Virus record (IMG/VR): IMGVR_UViG_3300026302_000007
Span: 1 to 56,228 of that record
Source: a virus
Lineage: Duplodnaviria > Caudoviricetes
DNA: 56,228 nucleotides
Direction: 5' to 3' (one strand)
The first letter of the stretch is position 1, and every line of letters starts with the position of its first letter. The notes below the pieces were generated by a model that was given only the letters and a program-made list of their open reading frames with translations, was not told the origin of the DNA and did no database searches. Shown piece by piece: positions 28,976 through 39,245 of the stretch. The position numbers and the translations under genes are program-made.

Positions 28976-30571
28976 ATGAGCCAACAAATTTTTACGACCA
29001 TCAATCCAACGACCACATCTGGAAGTCAGCTTGCGACCATCTTGGTAGATTTCAAAGATGCAATGGTTAGTGGGATGAGCGGAACTTCTCGCCCGGCAGC
29101 TTTACAAGCTGGGGGTGGATGGATCGACACGACCAACGGCGGCAGCCCAAACTTCTATTGGTCTTACAAGATCTACACGGGATCGGTAGACATTGAGGTC
29201 TTCCGCGTGAATCTGGCGACGGGGACGGCGAGCATTTCGGGAAGTGATTCCTCTTTCTCAATCTCGAAATTCATCGGCGATGCCACAGCCCCTCTTCTCC
29301 AGTTGGTCAAGCGCCGCGTGGCCAGCAACGGCCAAGTCTTAAATGGCGACGTGCTTGGTGAGGTTCAATTCATTGGTCGCACCAACACCTCGACCGACCC
29401 GATTGTGGCTCGAATCAAAGTCGTAGCTTCGGATGACGAAACCACTTCAGCCTCGGGCGGATATTTGGTCCTGGAGGCAACCCCTACTGGAACAGCCGCG
29501 ATGGCCGAGATGGCCCGCATCGTGGACAACAAAATGTCCATCGGCGGGTCCTTCGCCCCGGTTCGCACAATGCACGCCCGGGGAGACGGTATTCGATCTG
29601 AGCGCCGGGCAGATGACGCCAATGCGGGCGTTGTTGAAATCAAGAAGAGACGCATTTCTGGAACGGGCGCAGTTCAAAACAACGACATCTTGGGCTCTTA
29701 TCGCTTCGTCTCTACTGACGATGCTTCGGCGGATGCGATCACCGCCGCCATCATTGCGACAGCAACTCAGGCCCACACTTCTACAAATCAAGGAACCAAG
29801 CTCTCTTTGATGGCAATGAAGGATGGGGCGAACACGTTGTTTGAGGCCGTGACGATTCAGGCGATGGCTGATTTCAAAGTCCCCGTGAAAATTTACGCGC
29901 AGACTTTGGACACTCAGGACATCCCGACAACAGCTTCGATCACCCAGCTTTCGGCTGGGAAATACATCGCCAATTTCACAGGCTCAACAGCGACTCAAAT
30001 TTTGGGTGTGGACTCTGGCGGAGACACTAAAACAATTTTGATTCACAACGGATCTTCGGCAAATCTGACCCTGGTCCACGCGAGTGGAACAGCTACGGCG
30101 GCGGACAGATTCAAGCTTCCAAGCGGACGCAATATTGTCGTGAAGCCGGATAGCTCGATTGAACTCTTCTACCACGTCGGAGACTCTCGATGGAAAGTGA
30201 AGTCGGGCGCTGGCGGCGGGGGAGAGGCGGTTCCGTTTGGATCTGAGTCTTCGCCGAGAACAATTGCGGCGGCGGTCGGGATCACGACGGCGGCTGGCCA
30301 CATGGACAGCGGCGCTGGGTTTAACTTCCTGGTTGCCCAGGGCCCGACAGCGGCAACGGTTGTCGCAGTATCGGCGAATCCGCAAATCGAGGCCGGAACA
30401 ATCATCGGCCAAGAGATGGTCATTGTCGGCGCTGATGATGACTCAGTTATTAAGTTGAACAATGGTAATGGTCTCTCATTAAACGGAGAATGGAACTCAT
30501 ATAAAAACGCATCCCTGACTCTTCGTTGGTCGGGATCTACGTGGATCGAAACAGCAAGGAGGGACGTGTGA
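28976..30571 (+). CDS. Tail fibre / receptor-binding protein
   Basis: After J; S/T/G-rich; SGTSRP..WIDT N-terminus; two internal KRR...GD.LG...F repeats. Confidence 0.75.
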   Translation: MSQQIFTTINPTTTSGSQLATILVDFKDAMVSGMSGTSRPAALQAGGGWIDTTNGGSPNFYWSYKIYTGSVDIEVFRVNLATGTASISGSDSSFSISKFIGDATAPLLQLVKRRVASNGQVLNGDVLGEVQFIGRTNTSTDPIVARIKVVASDDETTSASGGYLVLEATPTGTAAMAEMARIVDNKMSIGGSFAPVRTMHARGDGIRSERRADDANAGVVEIKKRRISGTGAVQNNDILGSYRFVSTDDASADAITAAIIATATQAHTSTNQGTKLSLMAMKDGANTLFEAVTIQAMADFKVPVKIYAQTLDTQDIPTTASITQLSAGKYIANFTGSTATQILGVDSGGDTKTILIHNGSSANLTLVHASGTATAADRFKLPSGRNIVVKPDSSIELFYHVGDSRWKVKSGAGGGGEAVPFGSESSPRTIAAAVGITTAAGHMDSGAGFNFLVAQGPTAATVVAVSANPQIEAGTIIGQEMVIVGADDDSVIKLNNGNGLSLNGEWNSYKNASLTLRWSGSTWIETARRDV

Positions 30572-30984
30572 TAGGAGATATTAGGGAGCACCATATAGAA
30601 AGATTTTTTTCCTCTTTTAGTAGAGAGGATGGCGGGTGCTGGGTGTGGAGTAGACATAAAGACAAAGACGGATATGGGAAATTTAGAATAGGGAAAAATA
30701 AACAAAGGGCTTCTAGGGTATCTCTAACAATCTCATTGGGAGTAGATATTCCCCGGGGCCTTCTTGTTTGTCACAATTGCGACAACCGCTCTTGCGTAAA
30801 TCCTTCTCATTTATTCCTTGGTACTCCCAAAGATAACTCCAGGGATATGGTGGCAAAAGGAAGACACAAAAACGGAAAAATTAGCGACGCTGCAATAAAG
30901 AGAATGTCTAAGTTCTCCAGACAAAGAAAAAGAAATAAAGATGGAACTTTCGACAGGATTGAAACAGCAAGGAGAGAAGTATGA
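30543..30984 (+). repeat. 29-bp imperfect direct repeat flanking the HNH gene
   Basis: GGATCGAAACAGCAAGGAGGGACGTGTGA (30543-30571) vs GGATTGAAACAGCAAGGAGAGAAGTATGA (30956-30984), 25/29 identical. Confidence 0.85.
30568..30984 (+). CDS. HNH homing endonuclease
   Basis: GCWVW...[42 protein letters not shown]. Confidence 0.93.
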   Translation: MIGDIREHHIERFFSSFSREDGGCWVWSRHKDKDGYGKFRIGKNKQRASRVSLTISLGVDIPRGLLVCHNCDNRSCVNPSHLFLGTPKDNSRDMVAKGRHKNGKISDAAIKRMSKFSRQRKRNKDGTFDRIETARREV

Positions 30985-32912
30985 AGTATTTAATTTTTAA
31001 ATTGCTGGCGGCCTCAATGGTCGCCATGGGCGTGGCAAGCGCCCAGACAACTCCAGGAAAGGTTGTCCAGGGGACGATCTTCCCTGGAATCACTGGACAA
31101 GTTCCGAACTACGTCATCGCTCCTCAGCCCAGGTTCTCATCGGACTTGAGCACGGCAAATACAGCCACCTCGAGCGCGACACTCACTAGGGACCTTACGG
31201 TTTTGATGGACGGAGCGGCCACTTGGAAGTGCGACACTTCGGCGCAGTTTGGGTACTGCGAATTCAAAATGAACATCATCAATTCTCCGGATCAGTCGGG
31301 GAGTTGCATGGCGAAAGTTTCCGTTATTGGAGATGCCTCTCTTTACAAGATTCAGGTCTGGGACCCTAATGCCGGGGCTCTGGTAAATGAGCTTCCCAAT
31401 CCCATGGGTAACTACACAGTAGCGACCGAGGTTCCACTCACGGCTCTGTGCGGACAGTCTCGCTCAATTCGCGTTTACCAATCTGAGGCTGGAACTTCTC
31501 CGGCAATTAATTTTGGTCGAATGAGCTACGGCAAGAACGACCAAGTAATTAACTTCATGCAAGGTGGGCAGTGGGTAGGATCGGTGCGATATGCAGCCAC
31601 TGCAAACTGTCAGTTTGTTCGATCTAATGCCGCTTACGGAAACTTCTCTGCGGACACAGACTGCCCGACGATGACTGTAGCCGGGGGACTCTCATACCCT
31701 GGCAGCAAGATCCCTGGGTACATCGTCAACTCTGTTCTGCCTGGGCGCTACCAGCACATTTGTACCGGCGCCTTCATGACGAGCACTACCTCGAACTGGG
31801 GTTTTAGATTCACGGATGGGACAACCACGTTTGGAGAGAATGCCGGTGCTCAACAAGGGAGCGCCGTTAACGTCTCATCTCTTGGCTCTATCAACGGAGC
31901 GATTTCTTACACGGCGCCTCAGTCAAACGTGACTTACCAGATTCAGGGCAAGGCTGGGACAAACAATCATTTCATCGACGTTCGCGACGATTCTTTCGAG
32001 TGCAACGTCTACTACTTCCCATCCGCCGAACTCCAGGCCATCCGCGCGGATCAGACGAACTGGGGATGGACTAACTTCGGTCCTATCACTATTACCGGAA
32101 CAACTTCGAACCCTACCAAGGCAACGACGACAGTTTACGACGAATTCTGGGCTCGTCGAAATGGTGAGAACCTTGACATCAGCATGCGCTACTACCACAC
32201 GTCCGCGACAGGAGCGGCGGCAGGTTCAGGCGACTACCTTTTTGCAATCCCCGCTGCTACTGGCTGTCAAATTGATTCGAGCAAGGTTCGATTTTACACA
32301 ACGGTTATCACAGCAGGTTCGGCATTTCCTGTGACTTCGGGACGTGGAACAATTACAGCTTCTGACAACTCTGCTCAAATGGTGGGCCAAGCCCTTCTGT
32401 ATGACGCCACTCGATTTAGGATGGCGGGAGCATGGTCCGCAGGTTCTGGATCTAATGGTCGTGGCGCAGTTGTCTCAAACTCCTTCCATTTGACTCAAGG
32501 CGTACTTTCCTACAACGCAGACTTCAGCGTCCCCTGCGTCGGCTGGCAGCCCAACCAAGGCGCCCCGCAGTTGGTGGGTTCGACGTACTCCACCTATGCT
32601 GGTAGCACAAAAGTCGAATCTGCGTCGATTTCAAATAACGGAACCACGGCAACGGCCACCGATGGCTTGCATTGGATTTCTTCAGTTACCCGTAACAGCA
32701 CTGGAAACGTCACGGTGGTCCCCAAGACCCCCTGGTCTTCAGCGCCGAATTGCCCAACTTCAATCGACTACTCTGTAACGCAAACGAACGGGAGAAGCTG
32801 CTACTACGTGAAGGCGGCGAGCACAGGATCATCTCTAAACTTCAGATGCGACAACCCTGGAAATGGATACGCCGACCTGAACTTTAGCTTTGGCTGTTTT
32901 GGACCCCGCTGA
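30981..32912 (+). CDS. Fibre/adhesin-like protein with Sec signal peptide
   Basis: [21 protein letters not shown]|Q signal; S/T/G-rich beta modules; 14 Cys. Confidence 0.7.
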   Translation: MKYLIFKLLAASMVAMGVASAQTTPGKVVQGTIFPGITGQVPNYVIAPQPRFSSDLSTANTATSSATLTRDLTVLMDGAATWKCDTSAQFGYCEFKMNIINSPDQSGSCMAKVSVIGDASLYKIQVWDPNAGALVNELPNPMGNYTVATEVPLTALCGQSRSIRVYQSEAGTSPAINFGRMSYGKNDQVINFMQGGQWVGSVRYAATANCQFVRSNAAYGNFSADTDCPTMTVAGGLSYPGSKIPGYIVNSVLPGRYQHICTGAFMTSTTSNWGFRFTDGTTTFGENAGAQQGSAVNVSSLGSINGAISYTAPQSNVTYQIQGKAGTNNHFIDVRDDSFECNVYYFPSAELQAIRADQTNWGWTNFGPITITGTTSNPTKATTTVYDEFWARRNGENLDISMRYYHTSATGAAAGSGDYLFAIPAATGCQIDSSKVRFYTTVITAGSAFPVTSGRGTITASDNSAQMVGQALLYDATRFRMAGAWSAGSGSNGRGAVVSNSFHLTQGVLSYNADFSVPCVGWQPNQGAPQLVGSTYSTYAGSTKVESASISNNGTTATATDGLHWISSVTRNSTGNVTVVPKTPWSSAPNCPTSIDYSVTQTNGRSCYYVKAASTGSSLNFRCDNPGNGYADLNFSFGCFGPR

Positions 32913-32980
32913 TGAGAATCTCCAAGGTCGCCCACACCACTGAGGTGGGCACGACTATCTCAAGCTAAGTAGACCAACAG

Positions 32981-33010
32981 AGCCCGGCCAAACTTCTGGC
33001 CGGGCTTTCA
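32981..33010 (+). terminator. Terminator-like hairpin
   Basis: AGCCCGGCCA-aacttc-TGGCCGGGCT followed by a short T run. Confidence 0.65.
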
Positions 33011-33037
33011 CAACATCTCCCGCAAGGAAACATCCCC

Positions 33038-33232
33038 GTGGCCAAATATTATTTTACGGTTTCTTCTTTCTCGGGGATTTTTTATTTCTTGCCGACCATT
33101 TGCTACCGCTTCAAAGATTGCAAATGTTTTGAGGCAAGCTTTCTGTTAGGAAATTTCTCCATAACACTGGGCCGTCTTTGCTCCACATCCATGGAGGAGT
33201 ATTTGGCGCAGAAGTCCAGAACTTCCGTCTAG
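33038..33232 (+). CDS. Possible small protein
   Basis: GTG after AAGGA; 64 aa. Confidence 0.3.
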   Translation: MAKYYFTVSSFSGIFYFLPTICYRFKDCKCFEASFLLGNFSITLGRLCSTSMEEYLAQKSRTSV

Positions 33233-33331
33233 TTTTAAATACACAAACCGAAATACTATTCTTGATCTGAAAACGTATTTGCAGCACGATTTTACCTAGA
33301 CGAGTCATCATCTAGGAGAGGTAGCCACATC

Positions 33332-33724
33332 ATGCTCAATTTTCAGACTGCAAAAGAGATCGCAACCAGTAAGCCCGTAATTGTCACCGCCGTCATTGGC
33401 GTCATCGCCCTAGGTCTAGCCCCAGGATCTTTCGGGGCCGCAGATGAAAATATCCTCAACTTCTTCTCCGAAACCGCCCAGAGTGAAATCACCAAAGCCG
33501 GTTTCTTCTTCACCATGGCAGCCTGGATTCACGCAGGCCGTGTCAAAAAAGAGATCTCCTCGAGCTTCGAGGGTCTCACCTCAGCCATCGACAAAGTTGC
33601 CGAAGCCTTCCGAGAAGATCTCAGAATGCACAGCGAAAAGTTGGACAAACTGTCATTTCGTGTTCAAATGTTAGAATCCAACGTAAATAAGGCTGTGGAA
33701 GAAATTCAACCAACCAAGGAGTAA
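33332..33724 (+). CDS. Holin-like membrane protein
   Basis: One to two TM segments plus C-terminal coiled coil; follows the tail genes; GGAGAGG SD. Confidence 0.5.
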   Translation: MLNFQTAKEIATSKPVIVTAVIGVIALGLAPGSFGAADENILNFFSETAQSEITKAGFFFTMAAWIHAGRVKKEISSSFEGLTSAIDKVAEAFREDLRMHSEKLDKLSFRVQMLESNVNKAVEEIQPTKE

Positions 33725-33727
33725 GGT

Positions 33728-33982
33728 ATGATGGAAGGAAAAGAGATCGAAAAAGAATACGATGGCGGCGCGGGCAAGCTGATCGTGGATGTTGATGACA
33801 AGGGTGGTGTTATCCTGTCGAACGTCTACGAAAAAGACCTCGACGGCTTCGCAAAAATTCGCAGCACGACTGAGATTGAGTCAAACATCTTCGTCCTCGC
33901 TGAGAAAATTGCGGCTAAAACTGAAACCACTTGGGACGACAAAGCCATCGCTGGCCTGAAGTCTCTCTTGGGCGTGAAGTAA
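33728..33982 (+). CDS. Hypothetical protein
   Basis: AAGGAG SD; ends KTETTWDDKAI (T.xDD motif). Confidence 0.7.
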   Translation: MMEGKEIEKEYDGGAGKLIVDVDDKGGVILSNVYEKDLDGFAKIRSTTEIESNIFVLAEKIAAKTETTWDDKAIAGLKSLLGVK

Positions 33983-33983
33983 T

Positions 33984-34370
33984 ATGGCCCTCGTGTCCGG
34001 TCCCGTCACCAAACATAAGTTGACCGGGATCGGGGAGGCGAGCGCCAGCGCGGTGCTCGCCCTTCTTTCCACCAACCCCCAAACATCTTTTTTGGCGATT
34101 GGCATTTCTGGAAAAATCATTTTCTGGGGCCTTTCCAAGGTCTTCACTCTCGCCGCAAGCGGCGGTCTCGTGATGATGAACATCGGCGCCGAAAAACTTC
34201 TCATCGCAATCGAGAAAACAGACTATGACGGCTCCCGCGAAAAAGCGGACAAGCTTATTGAAGAGATCCGCAAAACTGGCCGAGATCTCACTCCCGAAGA
34301 AATCAAACGCATCGACGCTGAGGTCATCAAAAGCTTCCGTAAATTCGGAAGATTCGTGAGGAACCGCTAA
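33984..34370 (+). CDS. Membrane-associated protein (lysis module?)
   Basis: Hydrophobic N-terminal half, charged C-terminal half. Confidence 0.55.
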   Translation: MALVSGPVTKHKLTGIGEASASAVLALLSTNPQTSFLAIGISGKIIFWGLSKVFTLAASGGLVMMNIGAEKLLIAIEKTDYDGSREKADKLIEEIRKTGRDLTPEEIKRIDAEVIKSFRKFGRFVRNR

Positions 34371-34729
34371 TGACTAGAGTCTTTTGGATCTTCTTTCTCG
34401 CCTTCGTTCTCTTTTGTATGGCAATGGCAAATGTTGCCTGCTCGAGTATCAAGCTCTCAGACTTCAAAGCCCACATCACCCTGCCCGCGTCCGGTGACGG
34501 CTATTACGTGAAGACTGTAACGGATGAAGAGGGGACTATCCCCAAAGCACAGTGGGAAAAAATGCGGGCCCGGGGCATCGTCCTCATGCCCGAAGACTGG
34601 GCCATTCTCAAAAAAGACACTCTCTCAAACTGTCTTAAGCACGAATGCAAAGAACTCGTCGGCGTTCTCGATGAGCTTTTCTACAGCCTCGACGCCGCCC
34701 TCAAAGAAGTGAACAAGCTCAAGAAATAG
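34370..34729 (+). CDS. Putative lipoprotein (o-spanin-like)
   Basis: Hydrophobic leader with lipobox-like NVAC-SS; further Cys pair near the C-terminus. Confidence 0.55.
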   Translation: MTRVFWIFFLAFVLFCMAMANVACSSIKLSDFKAHITLPASGDGYYVKTVTDEEGTIPKAQWEKMRARGIVLMPEDWAILKKDTLSNCLKHECKELVGVLDELFYSLDAALKEVNKLKK

Positions 34730-35144
34730 GTTTGCGTTTCATATTAACGGAAGCCGCGTTGTAGGCGCCGGTCTTTCGCGCGTGACAGGCCTTACACAGG
34801 CACTGAAGATGTTTTTCCACCGGGCGCGGGAACATCCGCGCGAACATATCATCCCAGCTTCCGTTGAAGGAGGTGTATCCTCCGATCTCAACGATGTGGT
34901 CCACTTCCATGTCCGTCTCGTGGCGAAACCATTTCTGGCATTTCGCACATTTCCACAACCACTTGTAAATTGGAGTTCCGTCCTTCGTCGTCTTCTCCAG
35001 GACTTTTCTCCGGGAAAGAGCAAGGATTTCTTTTCGGCCTGACCATGTTACCGATGCTTTGCGCAACTGCTTAAAAAAGAACTCGACTTCTTCGAGCGTG
35101 TATTCGCGGGGATTGCTGTGGCTTGTTAACAACTTCTTGGACAT
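34719..35144 (-). CDS. HNH endonuclease (Zn-finger type)
   Basis: WKCAKC...EVDHI...LQCLCKACHARKT. Confidence 0.88.
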   Translation of the reverse strand: MSKKLLTSHSNPREYTLEEVEFFFKQLRKASVTWSGRKEILALSRRKVLEKTTKDGTPIYKWLWKCAKCQKWFRHETDMEVDHIVEIGGYTSFNGSWDDMFARMFPRPVEKHLQCLCKACHARKTGAYNAASVNMKRKPIS

Positions 35145-35156
35145 TGACAACAACTT
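35120..35156. promoter_or_regulatory. Two operator/promoter motif copies at the HNH/polA divergence
   Basis: CTTGTTAACAACTT (35122-35135) and TTGACAACAACTT (35144-35156). Confidence 0.55.
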
Positions 35157-35213
35157 TACCAACTGCGAATCCTAAACGCCAGCAATAGAACAGTCGATGA
35201 GGGGAAAATCGGG

Positions 35214-37322
35214 ATGTCCAAGTCTGCAAACTTCAAAGAGCCACGGCTCTTATTCCTAGATTTTGAGTTCAACAAACTGGTAGAAGAAAATGTGAACCTG
35301 GTCTCATGCGTGACGCATGACTCGTCCAGCGGCATCACTCGAAAATTTTGGCTCCACAAGAACGAGAAAAACCAGGACGCGCTCCGTAGACATCTTAGAA
35401 ACTACGACTATATCGTGGGCTATCAGTGTGTGGCCGAGGCCCGCAGTCTGTATTCTCTCAATATTGACCCGCTCTCTAAAAAATGGATCGACCTCTTTCT
35501 TGAGTATCGAATGCTTTCAAACCACAACGACAAGCTCAACTGGGGGAAGCAACTCGTAGAAGGAAAGGTGAAATTCGTCACCAAGCCCAAGCCCAAGTGG
35601 GAGCGTTCCGAGGAAGACTCGATGAACGGCTTTAAGCCGACCCACTCTTTGGCCGAGGCTACCTACAAACTTACGGGGCAGATCCGCGACACCGCCGAAA
35701 AAGACGCGGTTCGGGATCTCATCATTTCAGAGCCCGCAAAGTTCACTCAGGAAGAGCGCGAACGTATTCTCAAATACAATGCCGATGACGTTGAGTTTCT
35801 TCCCACGATCTGGGATGCGATCAAGGTCGAGTACTCGAGCCTTCTGCATGAGGATGAACTGGACTGGGGTCTCTATTTTGAGGAGGCTCTCTGGCGCGGG
35901 CGCTATTCGGCGCACACAGCGATCATGGAGTCCATTGGATACCCGATCAACGTCGAGGCGACTAAAAACTTCTCAGCCCAAATTCCCTCGATCCTCACCG
36001 AGTGTCAGCGAGACATCAATGAGCAGTTCATTGACCCATCGGTCACGAATAAAGTCACCGCCAGGGTTCAAGGCTTTGACTGGCAGCAAATGATTCCCTT
36101 CAAATGGGACGGGAAAAAAGTCCGTTACACCTGGAACCAAAAAGCTGCCCGGGATTGGATTGAGAAAAACTGCAACCCCGACGACTGGATGAAGACCGAC
36201 AAAGGCGCTCTTTCGCTTTCTCTCGAGGCGTTCGAGAAACGCTTTGCGTATCGACACGACTATCCGCGCGGAAATTTTGGCGCCCAGATGGTTCGCTTTC
36301 TGAAGCTCAAACAGTCTCTCTACGGTTTCTCGATGAGCGGGGCCAAAGGACGAAAAAACTTTTGGGATAGCGTCGGGCCCGATGGCCGTGTTCGCCCCTA
36401 CATGAATATTTATGGCGCCCAGTCAGGACGTTCCCAGCCCGCCGCTACCGGCTTCATGTTCTTAAAGCCCGCGTGGATGCGGGCCCTCGTCCAGCCCGCT
36501 GAAGGATTGTTCATGGCTGGCATTGACTACGGACAACAAGAATTTTTCCTCGCGGGTCTCATTTCGGGCGATCAGAACATGATCGACGCCTATCTATCGG
36601 GAGACCCCTATCTCTACATGGGAAAACAGGCGGGAACAATTCCGCCCGAGGGGACGAAGAAGACCCATGAGCGCGAACGCGATCTCATGAAATCGACGAC
36701 CCTCGGGATTCTTTTCGGCATGTCGAAATACGGCTTGGCGTACAAACTCACGGCGGACTCCGGAACGGAGTACACTGAGCAAGACGCCCAAGAACTCATC
36801 GACATGTTCGAAGAAGTTTACCCGGACTACATTGATTGGCGCCGGGAACAACTTCACTCTTACCAGGACGGCATGGCCTTTTCGACTCTCGATGGCTGGA
36901 AGCTCTGGTGCGACAATGACAATCCGCGCTCGGTTCTCAACGTCCCCGTCCAGGGCGGCGGCGCCAGCATCATGAGAAAAGCAGTTGATTTAGCCGTGGG
37001 CGCCGGGTGCCGGGTTGTGTTCACCCTTCACGATGCGATCTACATCGAGGGAAAAGTTGGCCAAGAGGAGCACATCGTGCGCCTCCGGGATGCGATGAGA
37101 GACGGATTCGCGTACTACTTCGAGGGAACTCCCTACGAAGAAGTTGCGAAGAAAATCAAGCTCGACCCGAAAGCATGGGGACCTGGATTTCCGGAGAAAG
37201 GGGAGATCAACATCAAAGGTATGTCGATCCCCGTTTCAACGCTCCATCTGGACTCTCGCGCGGCGGCTGACTACGAACGCTTTAGTCCATTTTTCGAAGA
37301 ACCAACTTCGTCATTACTCTAG
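35214..37322 (+). CDS. polA: DNA polymerase, family A, with 3'-5' exonuclease
   Basis: ExoI LFLDFEF, ExoIII YNADDV, AQSGRS, motif A GIDYGQQE, motif B R..MKSTTLGILFGM, NVPVQGGGA, motif C LHDAIY. Confidence 0.95.
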   Translation: MSKSANFKEPRLLFLDFEFNKLVEENVNLVSCVTHDSSSGITRKFWLHKNEKNQDALRRHLRNYDYIVGYQCVAEARSLYSLNIDPLSKKWIDLFLEYRMLSNHNDKLNWGKQLVEGKVKFVTKPKPKWERSEEDSMNGFKPTHSLAEATYKLTGQIRDTAEKDAVRDLIISEPAKFTQEERERILKYNADDVEFLPTIWDAIKVEYSSLLHEDELDWGLYFEEALWRGRYSAHTAIMESIGYPINVEATKNFSAQIPSILTECQRDINEQFIDPSVTNKVTARVQGFDWQQMIPFKWDGKKVRYTWNQKAARDWIEKNCNPDDWMKTDKGALSLSLEAFEKRFAYRHDYPRGNFGAQMVRFLKLKQSLYGFSMSGAKGRKNFWDSVGPDGRVRPYMNIYGAQSGRSQPAATGFMFLKPAWMRALVQPAEGLFMAGIDYGQQEFFLAGLISGDQNMIDAYLSGDPYLYMGKQAGTIPPEGTKKTHERERDLMKSTTLGILFGMSKYGLAYKLTADSGTEYTEQDAQELIDMFEEVYPDYIDWRREQLHSYQDGMAFSTLDGWKLWCDNDNPRSVLNVPVQGGGASIMRKAVDLAVGAGCRVVFTLHDAIYIEGKVGQEEHIVRLRDAMRDGFAYYFEGTPYEEVAKKIKLDPKAWGPGFPEKGEINIKGMSIPVSTLHLDSRAAADYERFSPFFEEPTSSLL

Positions 37323-37331
37323 GAGAAATTT

Positions 37332-37520
37332 ATGGAAAGCACGCTCATTAGCGGCTGGGCCGCGTTTTGGCTATTTATGGCAGTTTTCTACTACTGCGAT
37401 ATGACTGTTTACTTGCGCGGCCATGAAGGATGGTTTCACAAGCATAAGACAGCCGCCGAGTTCGAAATTCAAAAAGCGATAATTGAAAATTTACGGCAAG
37501 GTGCCGTGCAAAAGGAATGA
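37332..37520 (+). CDS. Small membrane protein
   Basis: AGGAG SD; N-terminal TM segment. Confidence 0.7.
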   Translation: MESTLISGWAAFWLFMAVFYYCDMTVYLRGHEGWFHKHKTAAEFEIQKAIIENLRQGAVQKE

Positions 37521-37544
37521 TGCCAACAAACCTGGAGGTAAAAA

Positions 37545-38012
37545 ATGGCAGCAAATAAACGTGTATTCAAAACGAAGCAGGTAGTTTCGGGCGTGCGCTC
37601 GGAATACCGCGCTTGGAATGATTGGGATGAAGGCGATGTTCTCGTCTGCAAGCTCACCGGCTCATCTCCCAACAAGAAGAATCCTTCGAAGAAAGATTGG
37701 TTGGTTGAGCCCATCGACGCTTTCTTCTCGGACAAAAAAGAGCAGAAGCGCGTCCTGGGCGCAAAGATTCTGACTTTGAACTCGGCTGGCCAACTCGATA
37801 AAGGTTTGCAGCAAGCTGAAATGGGCCAGATCATTCAAGTCACTTACAATGGATCGAAGATCATGGAGGGCGGAAACTACAAGGGCCAGCCCGCGCACAC
37901 GATGCAAGTAGACTTCGGCTCCTATGGAGATGACGAAGGGGCTGAAGACCAAACTGATGGTGACGAAGACGAGTCAGAAGATGAAGATGAAGAATTTGAC
38001 GACGGCCTCTAA
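37545..38012 (+). CDS. Probable single-stranded DNA-binding protein
   Basis: OB-fold-like core (QLDK.L..G..IQVTY.G..GNYKG...H) and very acidic C-terminal tail. Confidence 0.7.
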   Translation: MAANKRVFKTKQVVSGVRSEYRAWNDWDEGDVLVCKLTGSSPNKKNPSKKDWLVEPIDAFFSDKKEQKRVLGAKILTLNSAGQLDKGLQQAEMGQIIQVTYNGSKIMEGGNYKGQPAHTMQVDFGSYGDDEGAEDQTDGDEDESEDEDEEFDDGL

Positions 38013-38988
38013 GAAAGGCCCGCTCGACTTCAAGCCGGTGGAGAACGCGTCTAAGCGCGTCTCCGGCGCGGTTCCCAAACTCCCGGTCTTGAACCGCCTC
38101 ATTGTGGACATGTCCTCTGAGGCGTATCACGGGGCGATGGGAACTTGGTCATCATCACAGCTTAAAACTGTTCTCGAAGATGAAGATCTCTTCATCGCAA
38201 AGTACATCAAGAGGTCCGTCGCTCGTGAAGAGAAAGATGCGTTTGACCTCGGGACGTACTTCCATACTGGAGTTCTGGAGCCGCACAAGATCAAATCCGA
38301 AACCGCTGTGTTTCAGGGCGTGCGCTACGGGAAGAAGTGGGAAGAGTTCAAGAAAGCAAATCCCGGCAAAACCGTCGTGAATGAAAAGCAGTTGGAATCG
38401 GCCAATCAAATGATCGAAGCCGTCAATGCTTCTCCGGTGTCCATGCAATATTTGCAGGGGAAGCCAGAGATCTCGCTTTTCATCAAGCTGGTCATTTTCA
38501 AAGGGAAGATTTTCGCCCCTGACTTTGGGAAGGTCCTGACCTCCGAGGGTTGGGAGAAAACGCCTTTGCGCCCGACGAAGGGATACGAGATCGTCATGAA
38601 GGTTCGCGCCGATTGCCTCGGAGCGGATTTCATTTCGGATCTTAAATCCACTTCTGGCCACGCAAAACAAGAGTACAGCGTTCGGGACAGTATCAGTAAA
38701 TACCGATACGACCTCTCTGCGGCCCTGTATTTGGACATGTTTTCTTTGGTGAAACCTGAGGTGAACAAGTTCATTTGGATCTTTGCGTCCAAATCAAAAC
38801 TTTGCGCGGCTCCCTGGATCGCCAGCGAGAGAAATATCAGGATTGGTCGGGCCAAATGGTCTAAAGCCGTCATGAAAATTTTCCACCTGGAGAAAGCCAA
38901 CTGGGAAATCGTTGACTACTTGCGTGTTGCCGAGCCAATGCCTTATGAGGATGAGTGGCTCCGGGAACAAGAAAGCGACTTGTTGTAA
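37981..38988 (+). CDS. PD-(D/E)XK exonuclease (RecE/ExoVIII, DUF3799-like)
   Basis: EAYH...SSSQLK, LGT.FH..VLEP, KVRAD..ISDLKST, Y.YDLSAALY. Confidence 0.88.
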   Translation: MKMKNLTTASKKGPLDFKPVENASKRVSGAVPKLPVLNRLIVDMSSEAYHGAMGTWSSSQLKTVLEDEDLFIAKYIKRSVAREEKDAFDLGTYFHTGVLEPHKIKSETAVFQGVRYGKKWEEFKKANPGKTVVNEKQLESANQMIEAVNASPVSMQYLQGKPEISLFIKLVIFKGKIFAPDFGKVLTSEGWEKTPLRPTKGYEIVMKVRADCLGADFISDLKSTSGHAKQEYSVRDSISKYRYDLSAALYLDMFSLVKPEVNKFIWIFASKSKLCAAPWIASERNIRIGRAKWSKAVMKIFHLEKANWEIVDYLRVAEPMPYEDEWLREQESDLL

Positions 38989-38990
38989 TT

Positions 38991-39245
38991 ATGGGCATGG
39001 AAACACAAGAGCCCGTGGACATTCGAGACGCTGTGAGACAGTCCAAAAAGATCGCCGATGCCGTCATCCATGTCTCTCGAGCTATGAAAGATCTCGAAGA
39101 TGGGGATTTGAATAGCCACGCGATTGAAGTTCTGCTCCAAGCGTCTACGAAAGAGTCCCGAGCAACCATTCGAAATGTACTAGCGGGCCTAAGAACCCTT
39201 GAACAACTTTACGTCCGGCAAGAAAAGCCGAAGGAGAAAACATGA
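38991..39245 (+). CDS. Hypothetical helical protein
   Basis: Tightly packed ORF with ATGA overlap to the next gene. Confidence 0.7.
   Translation: MGMETQEPVDIRDAVRQSKKIADAVIHVSRAMKDLEDGDLNSHAIEVLLQASTKESRATIRNVLAGLRTLEQLYVRQEKPKEKT

Noticed and set aside
32909-32925. Hammerhead-like CTGATGAG followed by a mini stem
   Set aside because: The required GAAA after stem II is absent (CTCCAAG), and stems I and III cannot be formed
28976-33331. Diversity-generating retroelement targeting the fibres
   Set aside because: No reverse transcriptase, and no ~100-bp TR/VR pair differing at adenines was seen
5955-37322. Introns or inteins in terL or polA, given several HNH genes
   Set aside because: Both ORFs are continuous, of normal length, with motifs in order and no intein termini
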